Counted from the whole stretch's first letter, positions 40,689-52,594 are shown. The stretch is DNA of 61,705 nucleotides, filler included, from Bdellovibrionota bacterium (GCA_963169515.1; 8 parts of 8 records of this genome joined end to end with filler, not necessarily neighbours in it); one strand, 5' to 3'. Numbers and translations are program-made. Notes: generated by a model from the letters alone, not told the origin.

Positions 40689-42878
40689 ACGAGCGTATTT
40701 GATAATAAACTTTTTCAATGTCTGATTTGGGAAGACAATAACAACCTTTTTGTCGTCCCCATTTCCTTCGGTTTTATAGATGGTGCCAACTCCAAACGTG
40801 GGGTGGCGAACTCTCATTCCTTTTTTCCAAGTTTCATCTTCAGTGGTGTGGTCATAGTCAGGGAAATCATCAAACTGTATGTCGCCGGGATTAAAACTGT
40901 AATTCGAGACAGGAGCCTTTGGCCGTGCGAAGAAAGTGGATGTTTCAACATATTCTTCTGGAATTTCTTTTAAAAAGCGGCTCGGGGGATTAAATTGCTC
41001 TTGCCCCCACTGCCGTCGCTTTCGGGCAAATGATAAATGAAGTTTTTGTCGGGCTCGAGTCATTCCTACATAGGCAAGTCGACGTTCTTCTTCTACCTCA
41101 AGGACGTCGAGCGAATCAATTGCTTGCGCGCTTGGGAAAAGTCCTTCCTCCATCCCCACGATAAATACTTGAGGGAACTCTAGGCCCTTTGAAATATGTA
41201 ACGTCATCATTTTGATACCTTTGTAGTTTTCATCCACGTTGTCTGCGTCGCTGACTAGCGCGAGTTGCTCTAAGAAATTAGAGAGAGTGCCTTCTTCCCC
41301 GCGCTCTTGTTCAAACTGTGTTATCCCATTTAATAGTTCGCTGATGTTGTCGATGCGCGAAGATGCGTCCTCCGGCTTTTCGCTTTTAAGGTATTCAACA
41401 TAATGTGTTCGATCTAAAATTTGCTGAAATATTTCAGATGGTTTCGCGCCAACCGTAGTCTCTTTTACCTGGGTGATTAATAAAACGAAGTCTTCTAGTT
41501 TTTTTATAACGCTGGGGGGAAGTGCTTTTTCCTTTATGGCTTTGTAAGAGCCTTCGAGCAGAGACAAGCCTTGATCGAGAGAGTAATCCATGATTTTCTT
41601 TTCTGATGTTTTTCCGATTCCGCGGCCTGGAACATTTAATACGCGCAAAAAAGCCATGTCATCTTTCGGATTAATCAAAAGACGTAGGTATGCAACTAAA
41701 TCTTTAATTTCCATACGGTCATAGAATTTTACTCCACCCAAGATTTGATAAGGAATACGCTTGCTTCTTAGTTCTTCTTCAAGCACCCGGGACTGGGCAT
41801 TTGTTCGATAGAAAACCGCAAAATCAGCATAGGCCAAATTCTCGCGCTCAACTTGCGAAGTGATGTTGTGTGAAACCCATCGTGCCTCGGCGTATTCGTC
41901 AGGTAATTCGCGCACAACGATATCTTCGCCCTTTTTGTTTTTAGTAAATAAGATTTTTTCTTTTCGAGTGACATTGTTTTGAATTACAGCAGACGCTGCC
42001 TTTACAATTGTTTCTGTCGAGCGGTAGTTTTGTTCAAGTTTGATTACCCGTGCTTCTGGAAAATCCTTTTCAAAGCTTAAAATATTCTGGACGTTAGCTC
42101 CGCGCCAACTATAGATTGACTGGTCTTCGTCGCCGACGGCGCAAATGTTTCGATGTGCCTTTGAGAGAAGTTGAATAATGCGATATTGAATGGCGTTTGT
42201 ATCTTGGTACTCGTCCACCAGGATGTAACGTAGCATCTGATTATATTTTTCAAGCACGTCGGAATGTTCTTCAAAGAGTGTGATCGTTTTAATAAGCAGA
42301 TCTTCAAAGTCTAGGGCATTGGCCTCTTTCATCTGCTTTTCATAGACTGCGTAAACGTCGGCAATCAATTCATCGACAGAGTGAACTGCTGCATCCTTAA
42401 GTTGTGCGGGATTAATGCTGGCGGACTTTGAATCGTTGATTTTTGACAGAAAAATCTTTGGTGAATAGGTCTTTGTATCCAAATTTAATTGGTCAAATAT
42501 TTTTTTGATCATGGAAAGTTGATCGGTACGATCGTAAATTGTGAAATTACGATCGTAATCTAATCGATGAATATCGGACCTCAAAACGCCAGAACAAAAT
42601 GAGTGAAATGTGGCAACCCACGGCGGCGAGTAATAGGTCACATTGAATTTGTCTAAGATTTCAAGTACACGGTGCTTCATTTCCTGTGCGGCTTTGTTTG
42701 TAAACGTCACAGCTAAAATGCTTTCGGGTGCGGCCTTCCCCTGGATTACTAAATTTGCGATTCGGTAGGTTAGAACCCTTGTCTTTCCGGACCCTGCGCC
42801 GGCGAGGATTAAAAGCGGTCCGTCCAACGCTTGTGCGGCTTTTGCTTGTTCTGGGTTCAGTTCTTTGGTTAAGTCCAC
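40674..42878 (-). CDS. uvrD: UvrD/PcrA superfamily 1 DNA helicase
   Basis: LAGAGSGKT, TFTNKAA, VDEYQD, VGDEDQSIYSWRGA, KGLEF, EERRLAYVGMTRA, C-terminal RVRHPTFGVG domain. Confidence 0.97.
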   Translation of the reverse strand: MDLTKELNPEQAKAAQALDGPLLILAGAGSGKTRVLTYRIANLVIQGKAAPESILAVTFTNKAAQEMKHRVLEILDKFNVTYYSPPWVATFHSFCSGVLRSDIHRLDYDRNFTIYDRTDQLSMIKKIFDQLNLDTKTYSPKIFLSKINDSKSASINPAQLKDAAVHSVDELIADVYAVYEKQMKEANALDFEDLLIKTITLFEEHSDVLEKYNQMLRYILVDEYQDTNAIQYRIIQLLSKAHRNICAVGDEDQSIYSWRGANVQNILSFEKDFPEARVIKLEQNYRSTETIVKAASAVIQNNVTRKEKILFTKNKKGEDIVVRELPDEYAEARWVSHNITSQVERENLAYADFAVFYRTNAQSRVLEEELRSKRIPYQILGGVKFYDRMEIKDLVAYLRLLINPKDDMAFLRVLNVPGRGIGKTSEKKIMDYSLDQGLSLLEGSYKAIKEKALPPSVIKKLEDFVLLITQVKETTVGAKPSEIFQQILDRTHYVEYLKSEKPEDASSRIDNISELLNGITQFEQERGEEGTLSNFLEQLALVSDADNVDENYKGIKMMTLHISKGLEFPQVFIVGMEEGLFPSAQAIDSLDVLEVEEERRLAYVGMTRARQKLHLSFARKRRQWGQEQFNPPSRFLKEIPEEYVETSTFFARPKAPVSNYSFNPGDIQFDDFPDYDHTTEDETWKKGMRVRHPTFGVGTIYKTEGNGDDKKVVIVFPNQTLKKFIIKYARLERV

Positions 42879-42951
42879 GGCATCCCTAGATTAAGGTAAT
42901 AAAGTATGTGGTTTTATAGCCTATAATTTCTGCCTCTGGTAGGCTAATTAT

Positions 42952-43518
42952 ATGAATATTTTAATTGGTTTGCTTTTATGTTTGGGTGCCGACGCGAGCA
43001 TACAAAAAAACTTTCAATCCGAGTATGTTGATTTCTCAAAGTTAACTTTAAATGGGTATGCAAAAGTTGATGGAACAGATCGCGTGATTGAAAAGCTAGA
43101 GCCACAGGAAAAAGATCAGCCAATCATGTATGTTTTATTCAAAAAGGAAAAGGATGCTGCTGGAGAGCGGCAGCTCGTTATGCAGTTGTTTGACTTGAAT
43201 CGTGATGGAAAAATAGATTTGGCAAAGCATTTTAAGCGCAAGGTGGTTGTCAAGGCCGAATACGATCTAGATTACGATGGCAAGGTAGATGTAATCAGTA
43301 ACTACGATGACCAATCAGGAGAGCTGTTACAGAAGGTTCAATCCGATGGCAAAACCAATATTTGGAAGTATTGGTACAAAGGGGAGCTTCGCCGTAAAGA
43401 AATTGACCGAAATTCAGATAAAAAACCTGATATGTGGATTCACTACCGCGGTGGCACCGTAGTTAAAACAGAAGTTGACGTCAATTATAACGGTGAAGAT
43501 GTCCGATTAATAAAATAG
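42952..43518 (+). CDS. Exported protein with DxNxDG-type repeats
   Basis: DLNRDGKID, DLDYDGKVD, DRNSDKKPD and DVNYNGED spaced by beta-hairpin segments. Confidence 0.7.
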   Translation: MNILIGLLLCLGADASIQKNFQSEYVDFSKLTLNGYAKVDGTDRVIEKLEPQEKDQPIMYVLFKKEKDAAGERQLVMQLFDLNRDGKIDLAKHFKRKVVVKAEYDLDYDGKVDVISNYDDQSGELLQKVQSDGKTNIWKYWYKGELRRKEIDRNSDKKPDMWIHYRGGTVVKTEVDVNYNGEDVRLIK

Positions 43519-43542
43519 GGTGTCAGGCACCAAGCGTCCGGT

Positions 43543-43642
43543 NNNNNNNNNNNNNNNNNNNNNNNNNNNNNNNNNNNNNNNNNNNNTTAATTAATTAANN
43601 NNNNNNNNNNNNNNNNNNNNNNNNNNNNNNNNNNNNNNNNNN
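43543..43642. other. Artificial contig-join spacer
   Basis: N44-TTAATTAATTAA-N44. Confidence 0.99.
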
Positions 43643-44831
43643 GTCCATTACAGCGCAGGGCACGGATCGCATTTTAATTCAATTGCCTGGGGTAAAAGAT
43701 GCTGCAACAGCAAAAGAACTGATCAATCGCACCGCAAAACTTGAATTTATGATCGTGGCCCAGAATGTCGACATGGCAAAAATATCGGACCAAATCCAAA
43801 AGGCAGAGGGCGCAGGGAAGTATTCCCTTGATACAATGAAGTACCGTGGATACGTGAAGAGAATTAACGAAGATCTGGCAAAAGATCTGCCCAAAAATAC
43901 GAGATTGCTATTTTCTAAACCTGAAAATGCGGAGAGCATGAATGCAGCCAAAGTTCCATACGTTGTTGAAACAGGTCTAGGATTAGGTGGGGACGATTTA
44001 AAATCTGCATCAACGTCTTATGATGAATACGGTGCGCCTGAAGTCAGCCTGCAATTCAACACGGCGGGCGGAAACAAATTTGCCGATATCACAGGCGCAA
44101 ACGTCAATCGTCAACTTGCAATCGTGTTAGATGATGTTGTCTATACAGCTCCGAACATCAAAGAGCGTATTGGTGGTGGCAACGCACGAATCACTCTCGG
44201 TCGTGGTACGAATTATGATGCTCAAATGAAAGAAGCCAATTTGGTAAGCATGGCTTTAAGGGCTGGAGCACTTCCGGCTAAACTGGAACAGCTTGAAGAG
44301 CGCACTGTGGGACCGACGCTGGGATCGGATTCGATTAAAGCTGCAAAAAATGCAATTATATGGGGTGTTCTTCTTATTTCTATTTTTATGATTGTTTACT
44401 ATAAATCGATGGGCTTCATTTCTGTTGTGGCACTTGTGGCAAATGGATTTTTAATTTTGGCCGCGTTGGTTTCGTTTGGCGCAACATTGACGTTACCTGG
44501 TATTGCGGGGATTGGTTTGACCTTGGGGATTGCAATCGATGCAAATGTTATTATTTATGAACGTATTCGTGAAGAGCTTAGAAAAAATTTAAATATCGTC
44601 GAGGCTTCAAAACAGGGATTCAATATGGCGATGAGTGCAATTGTCGATGCAAATATGACAACAGCTGCAACATCCGCTATTTTGATGTATTTGGGAACTG
44701 GGCCTGTTAGAGGGTTTGGGTTAACGCTTCTAATTGGTATTATTACAACGATGTTCACCGCTGTATTTATGACCAGAACCATTGTTGAAGTTTTGATCTA
44801 CAAATTTCACGTTAAAAAATTATCGGTATAA
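43643..44831 (+). CDS. secD: Protein translocase subunit SecD (5' end truncated)
   Basis: RILIQLPG, LAIVLD, LRAGALPA, RTVGPTLG, TLTLPGIAG, DANVIIYERIREE. Confidence 0.97.
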
Positions 44832-44840
44832 GAGGGCGCC

Positions 44841-45788
44841 ATGTCTAAAGAAGCAAAAAAAACTAAAGCAGATTCTACAAAAAATGAATACAACGATTTC
44901 GATTTTATGGGAAACGCCAAGTATTTTGGTGCAGTTTCTGTAATCCTGCTTATTGCAAGTGTCGTTTTGTTCATGACGAAGGGGCTTAACTATGGAATTG
45001 ATTTCTCTGGAGGCTCTGAGGTTCAAGTCCTATTCAAAAATAACGTCGGTATGAGTAAGGTCCGTGACGCTTTACAAGAGGCAGGTCTTAAACCACAACT
45101 TCAAAGTATCGGTGACAAGAGCGAATATATTATTCGATTTGATCATAAAGAGGTTCCAAAGGATGAAAAGGGAAACATTCAGCTCGAGGCTCTAACAACT
45201 TCTTTAGAGGGGGTTTTGTTTAAAAGTTTTGGGAAGGAAAATACAGAATTTCGAAGAATTGATAACGTGGGTCCCCAAGTGGGATCACAATTAAAGCGAA
45301 ATGCAATTTTAGCATTGTTTTATGGTCTTCTTGCGATATTGATTTATACAGCCTTAAGATTTGACTATAACTATGCTCCAGGAGCGGTTTTATGTTTATT
45401 TCATGATGCCCTGCTAACGATGGGTGTGCTGTCTTTAATTAATGCTGAAGTCAACGTACAAATCGTTGCTGCTATTTTAACAATTGTTGGTTACTCGATT
45501 AACGATACGATTGTGATTTTTGACCGAATTCGAGAGGACTTAGCTATATATAAAGATAAATCCTTGCCGTGGATCATTAATCGCGCGATTAACTCAACAC
45601 TTTCCCGAACTGTCATTACATCTGGGTTGACGTTCATTTCGGTGCTTACACTGTACCTTATTGGGCAAGGGGTAATTAAAGAGTTTGCCTTTGCGATGGG
45701 ATTGGGGATTATTTTGGGAACATATTCATCAATTTATATTGCAGCCCCAATGATCATTTTATTCGAAAAATTTAAAACAGTAAAATAA
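44841..45788 (+). CDS. secF: Protein translocase subunit SecF
   Basis: GIDFSGG, VGPQVG, HD, GYSINDTIVIFDRIRE, GTYSSIYIA. Confidence 0.97.
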   Translation: MSKEAKKTKADSTKNEYNDFDFMGNAKYFGAVSVILLIASVVLFMTKGLNYGIDFSGGSEVQVLFKNNVGMSKVRDALQEAGLKPQLQSIGDKSEYIIRFDHKEVPKDEKGNIQLEALTTSLEGVLFKSFGKENTEFRRIDNVGPQVGSQLKRNAILALFYGLLAILIYTALRFDYNYAPGAVLCLFHDALLTMGVLSLINAEVNVQIVAAILTIVGYSINDTIVIFDRIREDLAIYKDKSLPWIINRAINSTLSRTVITSGLTFISVLTLYLIGQGVIKEFAFAMGLGIILGTYSSIYIAAPMIILFEKFKTVK

Positions 45789-45796
45789 GCGAGTGA

Positions 45797-47494
45797 GTGA
45801 TGACGTTATGGCAGCAGAGGGGAGATGGCGAGATCACTGAGCCGCCATACCCTATGCCATCGCTTATCTGGCAAACGCTTTACGCTCGCGGTCTTCGAAC
45901 GACCGAGGCAATAAATAATTTTTTGTCTCCGAAGTTAAAAGATCTAAAAAACCCATTCGAGTTGTTGGACCTTAAAAAATCTGTGGACCGTATTATCGAC
46001 GCATTTTCTAAAAATGAAAAGATCGCTATATATGCTGATTTTGATCTGGATGGAACTTCTGGATTGGCGCTTCTGGTAGATGGGTTTAAAAGACTGGGGT
46101 TCGGTGAAGTTCTATATTATCAACCGAAAAGATTATCAGATGGTTATGGTCTACATGCCTCAGCAGTCGAGGAGCTAGCTCAAAAAGATGTAAAAGTCAT
46201 TGTAAGTGTCGACGTCGGGATTACAGCCTTTGAAGCAGCTTTAAGGGCAAAAGAGTGTAAGGTGGATTTGATAATAACGGATCATCACCTGCCCGCAGAA
46301 TCATTGCCAGAGGCCTTTGCTATTGTAAACCCAAACCGCAAGGATTGTACATCGGGGTTGGGATATCTTTGTGGTGCGGGTGTAGCGTTTTTTCTGCTCT
46401 TGGGATTAAAGACAGAAATGTCTCGTTTGGGCTTGTTAAAAACGGATTTCAATTTAAAGGAAGTCTTGGATTATTTTATTATTGGAACGCTGACGGACAT
46501 GGTTCCACTAACAAATGAAAATCGTGTTTTGGTAAAACACGGGCTTTTAAAAATTTCTCATACCCAGAGACCAGGTCTTAAAATTTTAATGGAAGAACTA
46601 GGAATGTGGAATCGGCCCCTTACTAGCCAGGACATTGCTATTGGCTTTGCACCTAAGTTGAATGCCTTGAGCCGGATTGAATCAACATTGCTACCGCGAG
46701 ATGTATTGCTTGTTGAAAATGAAAATGACGCCCGGGTAATGGTGAAAGAGGTTTTAAAAACTCAAGAGCTCAGAAAAAAATATCAGAGTTTTGCCCTTGA
46801 AAAAGCGATGGAACTGAAAGAAATGATGGATCAGAAAGGATATGTTTGGCTTTGGTCACAGCATTTCCATAAGGGTGTAATTGGTCTGGTCGCAACTCAA
46901 TTTGTTCAAAGATTTGGAGTTCCATGCTTTATTGGATCCATTAACGATCAGGGCAAGGTGAGTGGAAGCGCTCGTGCGCCCGACGATAGCCCTTATGATT
47001 TGACAAAAATTCTAAATTTTTCCGCTGACGTTTTAGAAAAACATGGCGGGCACGCACACGCGGCAGGATTTCAATTGGATCTGGCTTGTGCTGCGAGCTT
47101 TGATACAAAATTAAATGAATTTTTTGAGGCCAATCCCGTGGTTCAAGGTCAGCCTGTTTTGCCCTATGATGCCGTGGGTGAGATAGGCGAAATTACAGGG
47201 ACCTTCATGAAATGGTTCGATGCAATGGAGCCCTTTGGCAAGGACTTTCCAACGGTGAATATTCTATTTAAGAATGTCTATGTCTATAAAAAGAAAGAGC
47301 TTTCTGGCGGACACTTAAAGTACACCTTTAAGCAGGATCAGGTTACTATCAGTGGTCTTATATTTTCGCCCAAAGAAAATATTGTTCAGGAATTTGATAT
47401 TGTCGATGTGGTGGCCCAGCCACAGTGGAATTATTTTAACGGCAATAAGGAAATTCAGCTTCTGATCAGGGATATCAGAAAGATAACTACTTAA
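45797..47494 (+). CDS. recJ: Single-stranded-DNA exonuclease RecJ
   Basis: ADFDLDG, DGYGL, VDVG, TDHH, GAGVAF, GSAR, GGHAHAAG, EPFG. Confidence 0.96.
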   Translation: MMTLWQQRGDGEITEPPYPMPSLIWQTLYARGLRTTEAINNFLSPKLKDLKNPFELLDLKKSVDRIIDAFSKNEKIAIYADFDLDGTSGLALLVDGFKRLGFGEVLYYQPKRLSDGYGLHASAVEELAQKDVKVIVSVDVGITAFEAALRAKECKVDLIITDHHLPAESLPEAFAIVNPNRKDCTSGLGYLCGAGVAFFLLLGLKTEMSRLGLLKTDFNLKEVLDYFIIGTLTDMVPLTNENRVLVKHGLLKISHTQRPGLKILMEELGMWNRPLTSQDIAIGFAPKLNALSRIESTLLPRDVLLVENENDARVMVKEVLKTQELRKKYQSFALEKAMELKEMMDQKGYVWLWSQHFHKGVIGLVATQFVQRFGVPCFIGSINDQGKVSGSARAPDDSPYDLTKILNFSADVLEKHGGHAHAAGFQLDLACAASFDTKLNEFFEANPVVQGQPVLPYDAVGEIGEITGTFMKWFDAMEPFGKDFPTVNILFKNVYVYKKKELSGGHLKYTFKQDQVTISGLIFSPKENIVQEFDIVDVVAQPQWNYFNGNKEIQLLIRDIRKITT

Positions 47495-47904
47495 CCCATT
47501 TTACTTTTTGGGTTGCAGTCTTTATAGATTCATATTCAGCACAGAAAGATTCCATCACTGATTTCGCAAATTCAACGTGTGGGATTTTAAAATCAATAAG
47601 CGCGCATGTTGGGACAGGGGTACTGTCATTAGTGATATTAACACCTAAATGAATCATGACAGAGCGGGGGGAACTTGTGGCAATGCTGACATTTAATTTT
47701 TTATTTTCCCAGTAGAGATCGTCGCCATCGCGGATGATTTTAGTGGATGGAGTGTGCTCTAAAATTATGTCACGGACTATGGTCGAAAGAAGTCTTTGAA
47801 TTGCAACGCCTGTAATTAATTTTTCATCAAAAATTTCAATTAGAAAATGAAGCATTTTATCCGATTGAATCAATGCTTTTTTTAATAAATCTTCACCGTC
47901 AACC
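47487..47904 (-). CDS. DUF366-like protein (5' end truncated)
   Basis: MLHFLIE, QRLL, RDGDDLY, KLNVSIAT, IHLGVNI motifs; open to the contig edge. Confidence 0.75.
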
Positions 47905-48004
47905 NNNNNNNNNNNNNNNNNNNNNNNNNNNNNNNNNNNNNNNNNNNNTTAATTAATTAANNNNNNNNNNNNNNNNNNNNNNNNNNNNNNNNNNNNNNNN
48001 NNNN
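47905..48004. other. Artificial contig-join spacer
   Basis: N44-TTAATTAATTAA-N44. Confidence 0.99.
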
Positions 48005-48522
48005 TATTTGGCGGCTGCGTGGGTCGCTAAAATAGGATCACGACGTTCGTCGAGTAGCGAGTTGATCGTAAGTCCATAACGACGACCAGTTGGCGTAATA
48101 AATTGCCAATACCCGACGGCACCAGCGTGGCTGCGCACACTCGAAGCAAAGCCTGATTCAATCATTGCGAGATAAACCAGGTCTTCTGGGAGACCATGCT
48201 CTTTTAAAATTGATTTCATGAGCGGAAGATAACGTCCTGATCGTTCTAAATAAATTTGCATCCATTTACGGCCCTTGCCTGTGAAATAATTAACCCACTG
48301 TTCCACTTTACGATCGTCTTCATGGGGAATATCAGGGAAGGACTTGATATTGTCACTCGCTGTATCTAGTACGGCTTGGTTCTCGTCATCTTCGACGATT
48401 TCAACCTCTGGAACATCAACAGCCACGTCATCCCCCGCTGGAATGCGACCACTGCCTCTTAAATTAAATGTTGAACAACCTGTCACAAACAATATCGCTA
48501 CTAGCAAAAGACAAAGCCGCAT
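48005..48522 (-). CDS. MltD-like lytic transglycosylase lipoprotein (3' end truncated)
   Basis: Lipobox VTGC, LPEDLVYLAMIESGF (catalytic Glu), AGAVGYWQF, DERRDP. Confidence 0.9.
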
Positions 48523-48642
48523 CCACCCTCCGCAGGAAAGTTCAAATTATGTTTCTATAATCAGGGTACTATAACTGTTTGGTTTGTAAAAGTTTAAATT
48601 TTTTAAGGAGTGCCTAAAAATAGGGCGACCGCATGCGCCCGA

Positions 48643-50904
48643 CTATTGTTCAGGAGAATTTTTTTTGTTTTCCGCAACCGCAGGCGTAACAACCGCGCCT
48701 GACCACACGGGTTCAGACACAACATATTTTCCCTCTTCAAGAATTTTATAAATAATCCAGTTTCGCAAAATGGCTTTGACGTAAAAACGTGTTTCAGACC
48801 ATGGCAATAAATCAATCCACACGTCGTATTCATATTTCGAAGATGCTTGTGGCGCCATTTTAAATGACGACATCCATTGCTTCACTTTTGTTGGCCCCGC
48901 ATTGTACCCTGCAAGAGCCAGCGGAACATTTCCTTCCATTTGTTTAATCACGCGGGCCAAATAATACGTTCCAAATTTTACGTTCACTGTTGGGTCAAAC
49001 ATAGTATCTGGCAATTTTAAGCCTTTATATCTTAATAATCCACTGACCTCTTTTGCAGTTGGCGGAATCAGCTGCATCAAGCCCAATGCCCCGCTCTTGC
49101 TCACTGCTTGGATTGCGAATGCGCTTTCTTGTTTAATAACGCCCCATACAAGCGGATATGCCAAATTATTCTTACCCGCGTGCTCTTTGATCACTTTTGA
49201 AAATTCACGCGGAAATGACACTTCGACAAATGGAAAGCTCCGGTAGGTTTCGTTTTCATCCCATACCTTATTTACGAGCTCAATCGCCTTTGGGTAGGCA
49301 AAGCTTGCCGCAAGATAGCGCGCCAGCAGCGCTTGCGATTCCAAATCTGTTGGAAGCGAAATTGACAGTAATTCACTTTGCGCCTCTTCATACCATCCAG
49401 CCGCTATTAAAATCTTCGCTCGCTCCCACGCATCGTATTCCGTCTGCGTTAGACTGATTTTTGCATTTAAAATGATGGGTTTTTTAAAATTCGGGAACTC
49501 AATTACATTGCCATTTGTTTCGGCCTTTGCGAGCAATCCATAATAGGAAAATGGAAACTGAGTTGCTATAATATCTGCTTCTTTTTTTGCCCGTTCTTGA
49601 TCCGTGTTTTCAAGGGCTCGCCACAGCCAGTAGCGCGCCATCAATTCATAATCAGTGCTCTCGGGCTGGGCCAAGAGTTTATCAAAGGCAGATATGGCCT
49701 TAACGTATTCCTTGTCCAGAATTCCCATAAGCCCGGTATAAAACATAGCCTGTAGGGCGCTGTCTGTGCCACCGTGTTTTTCAATCAATTCTTTAAAGTA
49801 TTTATGCGCCTTCGGAAAGTCCCGAGAATACAAATAAGATTTCGCAGCAAGCAATAATAAATTTGTGTTCGCGCCACTACCTTTCGATTTTTCAATTCCC
49901 TGCTCAGAAAGAGTTGCACAATCACTATAGAGCTGCATGTTAAAAGACTTTGTGGCCCATTGTTCGATGCGTTTACCGTCTGCTTCGCCCATAAGCGATA
50001 CAAGCTTTTCCCGCATCGCTGCGTATCCATCGGGCTGACGACTTGAAAGATTTGCGTAAACCTCTGTAATTCTGCCAAAGGCCCACTCAGCGTGAATGCT
50101 TCCTGGATAATTTTTTATAATCTCAATCCCATCTTGAACGGCAGAAATCAATTCACCTGCTTTTAATGCAGTTGTCATGCGCTCAATAACCTTTCCCGAA
50201 ATCTCTTCGGTAAGCACGGCAACGTCCACAGCCTCCTGTGGCTTTGGCGGCGCAAGTTTTAGCAGGCCGTCTACTGCTGCAATTCTGGATCGGACCTCAG
50301 AATCTTCAAATTCATTTACACTGCGATTGAAATAATCCTTTGCCGTCTTTAAATCTTGTTTCAAGTAGGCCAATTCACCTAATATGCGATACAAACGGCC
50401 TTTTTCCTCTGTCGATAGCCATTCTTTATATTCAAAGACTTTTTGCGCCAGTACGGACGCGTCTTGATTTTTTTTTGCAAATTCCAATTCGATGACAGAC
50501 ATTTGGGCTTGAATAAATATTTTTCGCAAGGGTATTGCTGAAGGTCCCGCGAGCATCCACTTGGGGAATCCTTCCACCCTTGCGATGAGACTCTTTAATG
50601 ACTTTGCCCTTTCTTTGTCGGGAAGGGAAAGGGCACATCGGGCTTCGTTCAGTAAAATCCAGGGGCGAATACTTACGGCATCAGACCATGCTTTTTGCGC
50701 CAGTGTCAGACATTCCTTTGAGTTGCTCTGGATGCTTGAATATTTCATTTTCGCCAGAGTCAGGGAAACGCCCTTAAGCTGCGTTGGAGCCCCTTCGTAT
50801 ACCCATCGTGTTTTTGGAACGCCAATCTTTGTAGACAATGGTATTGTTTTTAAACTCGCTTGCGCTGAATTTAGAAGCAATAATATTGCACTAATCGATA
50901 GCAT
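48643..50904 (-). CDS. Slt70-like soluble lytic transglycosylase with TPR/helical N-terminus
   Basis: VIKQESAF, GALGLMQL, AGYNAG, ETRFYVK; long alpha-solenoid. Confidence 0.92.
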   Translation of the reverse strand: MLSISAILLLLNSAQASLKTIPLSTKIGVPKTRWVYEGAPTQLKGVSLTLAKMKYSSIQSNSKECLTLAQKAWSDAVSIRPWILLNEARCALSLPDKERAKSLKSLIARVEGFPKWMLAGPSAIPLRKIFIQAQMSVIELEFAKKNQDASVLAQKVFEYKEWLSTEEKGRLYRILGELAYLKQDLKTAKDYFNRSVNEFEDSEVRSRIAAVDGLLKLAPPKPQEAVDVAVLTEEISGKVIERMTTALKAGELISAVQDGIEIIKNYPGSIHAEWAFGRITEVYANLSSRQPDGYAAMREKLVSLMGEADGKRIEQWATKSFNMQLYSDCATLSEQGIEKSKGSGANTNLLLLAAKSYLYSRDFPKAHKYFKELIEKHGGTDSALQAMFYTGLMGILDKEYVKAISAFDKLLAQPESTDYELMARYWLWRALENTDQERAKKEADIIATQFPFSYYGLLAKAETNGNVIEFPNFKKPIILNAKISLTQTEYDAWERAKILIAAGWYEEAQSELLSISLPTDLESQALLARYLAASFAYPKAIELVNKVWDENETYRSFPFVEVSFPREFSKVIKEHAGKNNLAYPLVWGVIKQESAFAIQAVSKSGALGLMQLIPPTAKEVSGLLRYKGLKLPDTMFDPTVNVKFGTYYLARVIKQMEGNVPLALAGYNAGPTKVKQWMSSFKMAPQASSKYEYDVWIDLLPWSETRFYVKAILRNWIIYKILEEGKYVVSEPVWSGAVVTPAVAENKKNSPEQ

Positions 50905-52594
50905 AGATTGCGACCTCAGGTGATAATGAAATGTTTTTTAAAGTTCTCCATGGTTGATTTTCAACCTTGAATTCTTCTTTTTCTCGCGGCCCCCAATAGA
51001 TATGTGTAATGCCCATTTCTTTTGCTAAATCTTTCCAATTGGAATCGCCCTTCAATATTTTTTCAACCTTTTCTTTCCTATTACCATCTTTTAGACCATG
51101 GGACCAGATATGACCATCGTAGGCATACGCAACTTTTTTACCAAAATAGGTCAGTGCGTGATTAAAAGTTGGAAGCGCTGCAAACACAGAACTCAACGGA
51201 ACTTCCTTCATTGGAGTCTGAATCGCATTAAGCTCAACCATGCTGTAAATGCTGTGGCCTCTATTTTGTGCGTTGCTAAATGCAATGACACATACGAAGC
51301 CTGAAAATCCCAACACCATCAATAACGGCACCTGAATTTGTTTGTGAACATAATCTGCCGTAACCCTACCCATAACATAGACCATAAGTAAGTATGGCCA
51401 AATTAAGATTTTAATATTATCCCACTCCCACGGAGCCATCATGACAAACTGGAAAACTATAAAAATCGCAAGTCCAACAAAGAATATTTTTGCATCGTTG
51501 CATAAATGCTTTTTTATAACAACGTAACCCGTGTACAGGCACAAATAAAACCATGGGCCATAATTCCAAAATAAATTTTGCCATATTGTTTTTCCGTCTA
51601 GGTTCCAGCCTTTTTGAATATGAATAATGGATGCTTTTTCCAAAAATCCGGTCAATGGAAGAATCCATGCCATAGCAATCACAAAAGAAGTCAAAGAAAT
51701 AGCCAAAACGTCTTTTTGTTTTTAACTCGCAAGCACTTTGCGTCGGGCTTCAGAATGCACCAGAAAAAGTGATCCCAAAATCAGCGACACTGCAACAAAC
51801 GAATGCATATGGAAAATTGGAAGCATTGCCCACATAAAGCCAACGATGTTTCGAGTCTGCTTTGTCCAAGATTTATTAGTGAAAGCGACGTCGATACATT
51901 TTTTCAAAATGTATATCCCAATCGGAAGACCAATTAAAAATCCACGTTGTGGGATCAATAAGGTTAAAAAGAAATTCTTCCACGCCCAAGTGCCTTGATA
52001 ATCTTTGAGCATCCCCGTCCAAATATACTCGTATCCTTGCCAGCCACCATTAAAGAAAATGGCGATTACCCCTATGATTCCAAGCCACCAGTAAGCGGTA
52101 AAAGCAAGGCACAGCAGCAAGACCGCCGCAGTAAAATACAGGTGGGTCTGCGTTGGAACACCAATGGCTTCCCAAAGTGCATTATAAAGATCCACTCCGA
52201 ATGGGTACTGCAACGGATGACCTGAAAGAGAAACAAATTCAGGCCAAAATTTATCACCAGACGCAATATTTTTTAAAATCCCAATATGCATCGTTAGATC
52301 ACCATAATTATTGGCGTTCAATGTTTTTATGTGTGATTCAATCTCATAAAATAAATATGTTGAATGACGAAGTACGATCAAGCAAACCACAAAAAACACT
52401 GTGCCGCCAAAAAAAGTGTCTACGCAAAGTTTTGGCTCATCATCTGATTTCCATTTACACGAATAAAACGCAATCAAAAATCCTGCCGCTAGACTTGCTC
52501 CCGCGATTATTGGAGAGATATGGCCAAACAAAAATCCAAGAAGGCTTGCCACAAACACACTTATAAGCACATGCAGAAGTATCCCACGAATCAT
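50891..52594 (-). pseudogene. Polytopic GT-C-like membrane glycosyltransferase split by one in-frame TAA (51722-51724)
   Basis: Track ORFs 51722-52594 and 50891-51706 are in the same frame (LAS*KQKDVLAIS). Motifs NNYGDLTMH, YPFGVD, PQRGFL, HMHSF, WEWDNIK, GHIWSHG. Could be a nonsense mutation or a consensus error. Confidence 0.7.
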
